Positions 9,108 through 15,751 of a stretch of DNA of 32,000 nt are shown here, in pieces. The notes beneath the pieces are model-generated. The model searched no databases. It was given only the letters and a program-made list of their open reading frames with translations, and was not told where the DNA came from. Within the stretch, counting starts at the first letter, position 1, and each line of letters opens with the position of its first letter. The DNA lies in assembly GCA_016788065.1 (NCBI GenBank), contig JAEUTI010000048.1:1-32000 (forward strand). The letters run 5' to 3'. Position numbers and translations under genes: made by a program. The DNA is from Bacteroidia bacterium. GTDB lineage: Bacteria > Bacteroidota > Bacteroidia > AKYH767-A > OLB10.

Positions 9108-10930
9108 GCCTGATATGGTAATGTTAGTTCAACTCGTGTACCTGAAGGCTTATTATCTTTCGTTAGGTCGATAATTTTCAGATCGGCATGTATATTTTTC
9201 ATGGCATTTAGAATATTCAAACGTTCACGGGTAATTTTCATTCCCATTGATTGATGGTTTTTCAGCATTGGTTCAGTTACCTTTTTATTCAGGTTCCTTC
9301 CAACTCCATCATCTTCAACGATTGCGTGAATGGTATCTTCAATTTGCTCTATGATTATGTAAATATTTCCCGTGGCTTGTTTTGGCATGAGCCCGTGTTT
9401 AATTGCATTTTCTACCATTGGCTGTAGTATTAATGGTGGCACATATGTGTTTTCGATGTCAATTTTCTCATCAATATCAATATGGTAAATAAATGGTAAA
9501 TCTAAACGTAGATTTTCAAACTGCATGTACCATTCAAGAATTTGTAAATCCTGTGATAACGGAATCTCTTTTTTATCTGAACAATTTAAAACCGCTCTCA
9601 TGAGTTTGGAGAATTGAATTAAGTATTTTTCAGCTTCATCAGGTTTGTTTTCTCTTAAAAACTCTTGAATAGATATAAATGCATTATTTAGAAAGTGTGG
9701 GTTCATTTGTGAACGCAATGCCTTTAGTTCAGTCTCTGATATTTGCAGTGTTAAAGCAGTTTCCTTCTGTATTTGCCTTGCATCCCTTTGTCGTTTGTAA
9801 AAAAGAAATGAAATGAAAAAAGTAACCACTATAATAGCAATTAGCATAAAAAGATATTGATTTCGCATTTCTGTCTCTTTGATTTTAGCATCGCTATATG
9901 CTCTATCTATTTGGCGTTTGAACTCCTGCTCTTTTCTTTCAATAACAATTTGTTTCTTGCCTTCAACTCTCATACTATCACTCAATATAATAAAATTCTG
10001 GTATGCTTCAAGTGCTTCTTTAAATTTATTTTGACTTTTATAAATATCTGTAAGGAGTTTATATCCTTCATACTGATTTTGGACAACACCTGCTTTCTTG
10101 CTCATTTCAATTCCCTGCAATGCGAACCTGGATGCCTCTTCGTAATTATTTAAATAGAAATTAGCTTCACTTAAACCTGTATTGGCCTGTATAATGATTT
10201 CAGTAAAATTATTTTCTTCAGCCAACCTAAGAGCTAATTCGAAGTTTTTCTGAGCTTCCTTATACTGACCTTTTTTATCTAATAATCCGCCCATGTTTGT
10301 ATAACCATATGCAAGCAGTTGGTCATCCTTTAATTTTTCTCCATAGTGTATCACTTGTTCTAAGTACAAATTTGCGCTGTCTAAATTCTCTAAATTTAAA
10401 TAGCACAATGCGATATTATTAACCGCCATTGCAATTGATTTTTCATTTCCCAAATGCAAAGCTGCCCGGTAGAATTTCTTAAAGCCAGGAATCGCATGCT
10501 CAAAGTCACCCATCATCGCATAAATTTGTGCGATGTTATTCTCTATAACTTGAGCAGTAATGGTATCACCGATATCAATTGCTTCTTTAATGGCTTTTTG
10601 TGCATAGTCAAGCGAAGTAGTAAAATCGGACTTTGGCAAATAGAGAGCGCCCAAATGTCTGTATGCTTGAACAATACCTTGCCGGTAGTTTAATTCTTTA
10701 GCAAGTTGCAATGCCTCCTTTGCGCTTTTCACTGATTCTGCGTTATCCGTGTATTGCAATGCATCAGAATATAATATAAGAAGATTAAAGCGAGCTGTAT
10801 CCTTTGTTGTAAGTATTTTCAGTTTTTCTAATAGTTTTTCAGCAACTATATTTTGATTTTCGTCTATTTGAGCGCTTAAATAGTTGCAAGAAAAATGGCA
10901 GAGTAGAACAAGTATCAGTTTTTTTATCAT
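9104..10930 (-). CDS. TPR-repeat sensor histidine kinase (LytS/YehU type)
   Basis: The protein has a signal peptide, then about 330 aa of TPR-like repeats, then a single TM helix (YLFMLIAIIVVTFFISFLFY). This is followed by the His_kinase box QMNPHFLNNAFISIQ and an HATPase N-box (VENAIKHG). Confidence 0.88.
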   Translation of the reverse strand: MIKKLILVLLCHFSCNYLSAQIDENQNIVAEKLLEKLKILTTKDTARFNLLILYSDALQYTDNAESVKSAKEALQLAKELNYRQGIVQAYRHLGALYLPKSDFTTSLDYAQKAIKEAIDIGDTITAQVIENNIAQIYAMMGDFEHAIPGFKKFYRAALHLGNEKSIAMAVNNIALCYLNLENLDSANLYLEQVIHYGEKLKDDQLLAYGYTNMGGLLDKKGQYKEAQKNFELALRLAEENNFTEIIIQANTGLSEANFYLNNYEEASRFALQGIEMSKKAGVVQNQYEGYKLLTDIYKSQNKFKEALEAYQNFIILSDSMRVEGKKQIVIERKEQEFKRQIDRAYSDAKIKETEMRNQYLFMLIAIIVVTFFISFLFYKRQRDARQIQKETALTLQISETELKALRSQMNPHFLNNAFISIQEFLRENKPDEAEKYLIQFSKLMRAVLNCSDKKEIPLSQDLQILEWYMQFENLRLDLPFIYHIDIDEKIDIENTYVPPLILQPMVENAIKHGLMPKQATGNIYIIIEQIEDTIHAIVEDDGVGRNLNKKVTEPMLKNHQSMGMKITRERLNILNAMKNIHADLKIIDLTKDNKPSGTRVELTLPYQA

Positions 10931-11281
10931 AAATCCATTGGTCTTATTTCAAAGTAAGTTTATGTACGTTTTATAGTTAGTGTTTTTTAAATTCCGGACA
11001 ATAGCATCTTAAAGTAATTTATTGTGAATTTTGTATTTTCGGGTGATTTGATTTTTAGTATTGGGAATTGATTTATTTATGGTTAGCATATTCATAAATT
11101 GATATTGAAGTCCTTTTTAATTTCATTGATGAAGGCTGTGAGTGAATATTTATTTATCGTTATGCCAGTATTGTATATCTCTCGAATTCTTTTGTTACTG
11201 ATAAGAAAGGCAATAACGATTTGCGTTTAGTTGTTATATACCACATTAGAATAAACGTACATAATTAGAATTCCAATCAGG

Positions 11282-11652
11282 AATATCATTGGAGTATCCG
11301 ATTCCACTAAAAATAAGAAACTACATTCCAATTATCAACATTTTAAAGGTTTAATTTGGCAATTTTATTTATCTAAAAACCAATAACATAAAACCCACCC
11401 CCGTATTTATACCCGAGGGAAAACCCTTGCTTTTTGGTTGTAGGTTTTAGAAGTGGCGGCGTAGAATGGTGTTTTTGGGGAAGCCCATAATTGCCTGCAG
11501 TGCATCCTATTGTAGGCGTAATGCGTTAGAATATCAGTCAATTTTAATAAGAAGGTTGTGCTAACCTTTAGATAGATGTCAACATCACCGGAATGAGGGG
11601 TCAACATGAATCGGAATTGATGAAAATCTGGTTATGGGACTCCAATGATATT
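11282..11652. repeat. Long-range inverted repeat closing a 371-nt non-coding segment
   Basis: AATATCATTGGAGT (11282-11295) is the perfect reverse complement of ACTCCAATGATATT (11639-11652). An adjacent second pair is CCGATTC (11298-11304) with GAATCGG (11609-11615). No credible ORF lies inside the segment. Confidence 0.7.
11359..11471. repeat. Copy A of a ~114-nt direct repeat, downstream of the SGNH/2-TM cassette
   Basis: Hand alignment with 13714-13827 gives 98 matches in 114 columns. That includes a 37-nt perfect core, CCCGTATTTATACCCGAGGGAAAACCCTTGCTTTTTG (11400-11436 equals 13756-13792). Confidence 0.85.
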
Positions 11653-11662
11653 TACTGGCGCG

Positions 11663-11695
11663 GCGCATTTTAGTTCCTTAACCAACTAATAGCGC
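11663..11695 (-). terminator. Possible terminator hairpin after the 2-TM gene
   Basis: GCGC-ATT-TTAGTT / loop CCTTAACC / AACTAA-TA-GCGC lies 25 nt past the stop at 11721. No U-tract follows on the minus strand, so the call is weak. Confidence 0.25.
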
Positions 11696-11720
11696 AAGTG
11701 CGATGTTGGGATCTGAGGTT

Positions 11721-12443
11721 CTATTTATTCATTTTATTATTTATAGTTTGTTTGGGGTCTCTTTTATTACCAATAAAATTTTGTTTGAATTTTTTAAACA
11801 TTTTTATCATACTGCCATAAGTTCCAATACTTTTTCTCTTGTGTTTTGTCACAGGAAAACTTGTTTGCGTACGTTCGAGTTCAACTATGAAGTTAATTCT
11901 TATCTCTTTCCACTTTTTATAATGGGTAGTTCTTATTTGTTTGTTTGTTTCAAAAGTGAAGTCTCCATTATGAAGTTTTTCCAAATCAATGTGATAAATT
12001 TCTTTTAACGGTTCAAACGGATACAATCCCTCATCTTCATCAAAAATTTCATCAATATTTTCATAAACGCTTCTTATTTCTTCAATCGCTTTACTTATGC
12101 AAGATTTAAGTTTGAAATACCTTTCATCATTCTTTTCTTGGCAATAACTATAATCCATAAAGTCGGTATACACTTCCACAAGCAGCGAATAAACAGATCT
12201 TAAAGCTTTAAGATATTCATTGCGTCTTTGAAAACAGAAAACAATATATGCTGCGGGTATTGCAAAAATAATTGGCAGTAATTCTTTGAGTGTTGTATAA
12301 TATTTCTGATTGCTAACATTTAAATTCAAATGAAAAGCAAGTAAAACTACTATTATATAAAATAGGATTACAAATAATAAGATTCTATTTAAAACTATTC
12401 TTGTCATATATTGTTGAATATGTTTTAATGACTGTAAAGTCAT
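11721..12443 (-). CDS. Hypothetical membrane protein with two N-terminal TM helices
   Basis: The 240-aa product has TM segments ILLFVILFYIIVVLLAFHL and LLPIIFAIPAAYIVFCF, followed by an acidic then lysine-rich soluble tail. I recognise no family. It starts 64 nt downstream of the SGNH gene on the same strand. Confidence 0.6.
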   Translation of the reverse strand: MTLQSLKHIQQYMTRIVLNRILLFVILFYIIVVLLAFHLNLNVSNQKYYTTLKELLPIIFAIPAAYIVFCFQRRNEYLKALRSVYSLLVEVYTDFMDYSYCQEKNDERYFKLKSCISKAIEEIRSVYENIDEIFDEDEGLYPFEPLKEIYHIDLEKLHNGDFTFETNKQIRTTHYKKWKEIRINFIVELERTQTSFPVTKHKRKSIGTYGSMIKMFKKFKQNFIGNKRDPKQTINNKMNK

Positions 12444-12507
12444 CCTTTAAAAATTGCCAATTACTATCAATAACTAAAGTAATAAACTGTTCAAAAAGGT
12501 CTTCCTT

Positions 12508-13614
12508 TTATCTTCGTTTAGTCATTTTAGAATTAATTAGCTCGCTATACCGTGAAGCAACAACTTTATATTTATCACTTTTTAAATGTAATTCATCATA
12601 CCAGTCTTCTTGTGCTTTTGGAATATCACTACAATCTACATGATAAACATTTTCAAAATTACTCTCAATATCTCGCAGCATTTCGTTATATTCATAAATT
12701 AAAGTCGTCATAATAGCATGTTGTATTTCTTCATCATGAATCCCTTTAATCATCAATGGTCTGAATAACCATTTCCCAGACTTAAGAAAGGAGTTTACAA
12801 TTGGTTGAAGAGGGTATTTCCATGAGAAGTTAAGTCCTTTCTTAGGATATGGATATGCATATCCATGAGTGATACTAATCATATCTTTGAATTTATTAGT
12901 GTTATTATATATTCCATTAAAAATCATGGTATACTGTGCTTTCATAATCCAAATAAATGAATAGAATTCTTTAGTAATGTATTTTTGAGCTAAAAGAATT
13001 TGATTTTTTTGATATTCATCTTTGATATTTACTAAGGATTGTTGGGTATGTTTTAATTTTTGTTTATCTGTGCTCACCATTACAGCCATTCTTTCATTCC
13101 CTACTAAATCATTTCCTCCGCCACTTATTAAGAAGACATCTGGGGAATGAATTGTTAGCGCTTCTACATACTGTCCTTCATAAAGAATATTTGTTATCCA
13201 ATCACCACCATATGCATCTGAAAATATTAAGTAATTTTCGTTTCTTTCAAGCCAGTCTATTATATCTTTAACAAAAGTTGGAAACAAAAACCATGAATCA
13301 CCCTCGGCATAAATTTTAATATATTTCATATCTGGTTTTTGATTCTCGACACGTTTAAAGTAGCGCTTTTGTCTTATTTTCGTGCTACGTCTATTAAGCT
13401 TACCTAATATGCCTAAATTTGCATTAGAAGTTTCTCTTAGTCTTACTTCATTTAAATCATAGATATGTCTTATACATTCTCTAAAATCATTTAAAGACTG
13501 TTGTACATCAAACTTATTATTTTGTGATTTGTATGAATCTATTAAAGTAGCAAAGTCTACTGAATTAAAATCTAATGGGTTTTGCAACATCTTTTCAAGT
13601 AATGGCTTATTCAT
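12508..13614 (-). CDS. SGNH/GDSL-family hydrolase with no signal peptide and a ~95-aa N-terminal extension
   Basis: All four SGNH blocks are present: AEGDSW (Ser107), SDAYGGDW, SGGGNDL (Asn168) and WYDELH (Asp340/His343). The N-terminus is hydrophilic and has a basic patch, RRSTKIRQKRYFKR. Confidence 0.8.
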   Translation of the reverse strand: MNKPLLEKMLQNPLDFNSVDFATLIDSYKSQNNKFDVQQSLNDFRECIRHIYDLNEVRLRETSNANLGILGKLNRRSTKIRQKRYFKRVENQKPDMKYIKIYAEGDSWFLFPTFVKDIIDWLERNENYLIFSDAYGGDWITNILYEGQYVEALTIHSPDVFLISGGGNDLVGNERMAVMVSTDKQKLKHTQQSLVNIKDEYQKNQILLAQKYITKEFYSFIWIMKAQYTMIFNGIYNNTNKFKDMISITHGYAYPYPKKGLNFSWKYPLQPIVNSFLKSGKWLFRPLMIKGIHDEEIQHAIMTTLIYEYNEMLRDIESNFENVYHVDCSDIPKAQEDWYDELHLKSDKYKVVASRYSELINSKMTKRR

Positions 13615-13713
13615 AGTAAATAGTTTTATTGTTAATTAATCATTCTATTCTTTCGGTATTATCCTAAAAATATACTATCCACCACTAACCACCTATTTTT
13701 ACTTCGAAAAAAT

Positions 13714-13827
13714 GCAAATTTTATTTGCCTAGAAATCAATAACATACAACCCACTCCCGTATTTATACCCGAGGGAAAACCCTTGCTTTTTGTTAGTAGG
13801 TCTTGGTAATGACGGCGTAAAATGGCG
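13714..13827. repeat. Copy B of the ~114-nt direct repeat, upstream of the SGNH/2-TM cassette
   Basis: See copy A. It lies 100-213 nt beyond the SGNH start codon (13614), inside a 578-nt non-coding gap. Confidence 0.85.
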
Positions 13828-14192
13828 GTTTAGAATGGGGGGTATTTGGTTTTGGGACGGGAGTATCGAAGACTTTTAAAGTTAAGAGGTGTGCTTGTGT
13901 TTTTGAAGTTTGAAATCGCTGCCAGGAATTTAAGATTAGTTTAACAATTGTTTTATGGCATAATAAATTAGCTATTATTCATTCGAATGGATTACAATTT
14001 TGGTAATTTAAAAAATGTTTTTTAATTTTCGGATGCTATGGTACATAATCAGCCATTGACGGTCTTAGTAGTTTATTACATTATTCCATGTGACCAACCA
14101 TAAAAGAATAGGTTGGCACATTAATCCAACTAGTAATTTCAAAAGGGATAGCCGAAAACCGGATAGAGTAGGCAGGATATTAATTTAATTTT

Positions 14193-14759
14193 ATGCCATA
14201 TCAAAAATCTTCAAACAACGATGAAGTAACTTTTAATGTTCAGCCGGAACCATATATACATCCTGCAGGAGGTGCATTTAAATGGAGTGCAGGCTGCTTA
14301 TTAGTTCCTGGTGGTTTATTTCTAATAAGTTTAGGTTTAAGTTCTGGATTTGGAGTCCTCATGATAATTTGTTGTGCATTGGGTGTGGGACTTCTTTACT
14401 TTGTTTATAAATTGAGTAAAAAACCTAAAGTAATTGATGAAGTACGAATTCCCAAAATATTTACAGTAAATTCTGGTGGAATTACCATCGATGGTAAAAC
14501 TTATAAAAGAGAAGACATACAATTTATAAGCGTTCGAAATCCTTTGTTGACTCAAGATTCCAGCCCGTATGTTCAAAGAGGTTATGAAGGATTTGCGAAT
14601 GCAGCGCATAATCAAAAAATGTTAGCTGCTACAGTAAATTATTGGGTTGTAATGGAAACCAACGGTGTTCCGGTTTTTTTAGGATGCGGTTTGAATGAAC
14701 TGGCAGCGAATGCTATTATGAGTGATGTGAGTAATTTATTGGGAATGAAAATTTCATAG
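14193..14759 (+). CDS. Hypothetical membrane protein (2 TM helices plus a soluble C-terminal domain)
   Basis: The 188-aa product has TM segments CLLVPGGLFLISLGL and VLMIICCALGVGLLYFVY. It is the only plus-strand gene in the accessory block. I recognise no family. Confidence 0.55.
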   Translation: MPYQKSSNNDEVTFNVQPEPYIHPAGGAFKWSAGCLLVPGGLFLISLGLSSGFGVLMIICCALGVGLLYFVYKLSKKPKVIDEVRIPKIFTVNSGGITIDGKTYKREDIQFISVRNPLLTQDSSPYVQRGYEGFANAAHNQKMLAATVNYWVVMETNGVPVFLGCGLNELAANAIMSDVSNLLGMKIS

Positions 14760-14771
14760 TCATATCAACTT

Positions 14772-14798
14772 TCAAAGTCATCACATAAATCACAACCG
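14772..14798. repeat. Short 9-bp phased TCAxA array (3 units)
   Basis: The units are TCAAAGTCA, TCACATAAA and TCACAACCG at 14772, 14781 and 14790. The 14-mer TCACATAAATCACA is identical to 15707-15720. Confidence 0.5.
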
Positions 14799-14928
14799 AC
14801 ATATAAGTAACAAAAATTGCGATTGAAATTGTGAGCAGAAGGTTAGAAAAAGGAAACTATCCTCACCTGATTACTTAACTTATTATTTATTTCTTGCTAC
14901 CACTCAATTACTAATACCCTCTGAGAAT

Positions 14929-15495
14929 TTAATTTTCAATCGTAACAAACGAATACAACAGTCCGCCTAATTTTGTTCCAATATAACCACGTCCTCTTTG
15001 AAAATATTGTAAATAAAGCTGATAGTGTCCGGGATTTGCATTGGGATTAATATTTTCTGATTGGATAACCAGGCAGTTGATATAATTCGCCTCCGGAGTT
15101 TCAAGTGTTTCTTTAACGGCTATGACGGTATATTTCCAGGTTGAATCAGATTCATACCATACTAATCCTGCTTCAGGATTTTCAGGAATCTCAACTGTTT
15201 CTGTTGTCTGTCCGGATTTTGTGTAAAGCACGCGATTACCATCCTGTCTGTAATATGAAATTGACTGACCAGTCTCGTAAGCAGTGGTGCATTTGATGTA
15301 TGTTAAACCATTTATCACTGTTGGCAGAGAGTCGAATGTCATTGAATAGATGGAAAGATCTGCCCTGTAAGTTAATTTTTGTCCTAAGACAATAGGGTGA
15401 TATGATTTATCAGGAATTTCGTCCAATGTTTTTTTATCAGTAACTGTGAACGCTGTCAAAGTAAATAATGTTGAGATAAGCAGTATTATCTTCAT
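14929..15495 (-). CDS. Hypothetical secreted protein
   Basis: The 188-aa product has an N-terminal signal-like segment (MKIILLISTLFTLTAFTV). I recognise no family. Confidence 0.55.
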   Translation of the reverse strand: MKIILLISTLFTLTAFTVTDKKTLDEIPDKSYHPIVLGQKLTYRADLSIYSMTFDSLPTVINGLTYIKCTTAYETGQSISYYRQDGNRVLYTKSGQTTETVEIPENPEAGLVWYESDSTWKYTVIAVKETLETPEANYINCLVIQSENINPNANPGHYQLYLQYFQRGRGYIGTKLGGLLYSFVTIEN

Positions 15496-15679
15496 ATTTT
15501 ATTCTTTTATGTTTATTAGCTGTTATTAGAACTCAACTCCGAACATCCTGAAATATATGTTTAAATTGGAAATAAGCCCAATCCTATTAATTCAACGTTG
15601 AATCAAATTGCCTGTATAGTTGATGAAGGCATAGTTTAGATGGCACAAACATAACAATAATACAACCCCATCTTTTTCA

Positions 15680-15751
15680 TCATAAAAATCATTGACCTCA
15701 CATTCCTCACATAAATCACATTCCTCACATAAATCATAGTAATCACAGTCA
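15680..15751. repeat. 9-bp phased TCAYA array (8 units) abutting and including the stop codon of the 941-aa cargo gene
   Basis: Units start at 15680, 15689, 15698, 15707, 15716, 15725, 15734 and 15743. They read TCATAAAAA, TCATTGACC, TCACATTCC, TCACATAAA, TCACATTCC, TCACATAAA, TCATAGTAA and TCACAGTCA. The 18-mer TCACATTCCTCACATAAA is exactly duplicated. Confidence 0.8.

Noticed and set aside
11412-11436. Hairpin CGAGGG-AAAA-CCCTTG followed by CTTTTTG inside the conserved repeat core, as a plus-strand intrinsic terminator
   Set aside because: The stem is short (6 bp including a wobble). In copy A there is no plus-strand gene upstream to terminate. I treat it as part of the unexplained repeat rather than an annotated terminator.
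11407-11607. 66-aa ORF crossing repeat copy A
   Set aside because: The corresponding frame in copy B (13714-13827) has an in-frame stop (..ACC TAC TAA) even though the nucleotide sequence is conserved. The conservation is therefore not protein-coding.
11282-11652. Retron-like msr/msd RNA closed by inverted repeats
   Set aside because: Retron ncRNAs sit directly next to their own RT. The only RT in the window is the Cas1 fusion 7 kb away, and no RT gene adjoins this segment.
11703-12008. 101-aa plus-strand ORF antisense to the 2-TM gene, together with similar antisense ORFs inside other genes (for example 2059-2265, 9857-10153, 24730-25274, 28437-28963, 31026-31298, 31645-31975)
   Set aside because: All are embedded antisense, or out of frame, within longer ORFs that have recognisable domains. 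Their sequences are low-complexity or hydrophobic noise typical of AT-rich antisense frames.
11359-13827. The direct repeats as tRNA-derived attL/attR of an integrated island
   Set aside because: I could find no tRNA-like T-arm (GGTTCGAATCC type) or cloverleaf in or beside either copy. There is no integrase or recombinase in the bracketed 2.4 kb. The attachment-site idea is unsupported, though not excluded.
15680-15751. Series of TGA codons every third codon, in frame with the 941-aa gene stop (and likewise after the 469-aa gene), as a sign of stop-codon recoding or read-through
   Set aside because: TGA clearly acts as a stop for cas2 (1654-1656) and the kinase (9104-9106). Being in frame is a 1-in-3 coincidence for a 9-bp repeat. 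The third array (14772-14798) is not in frame with any upstream minus-strand gene. The read-through peptide would be low-complexity nonsense.
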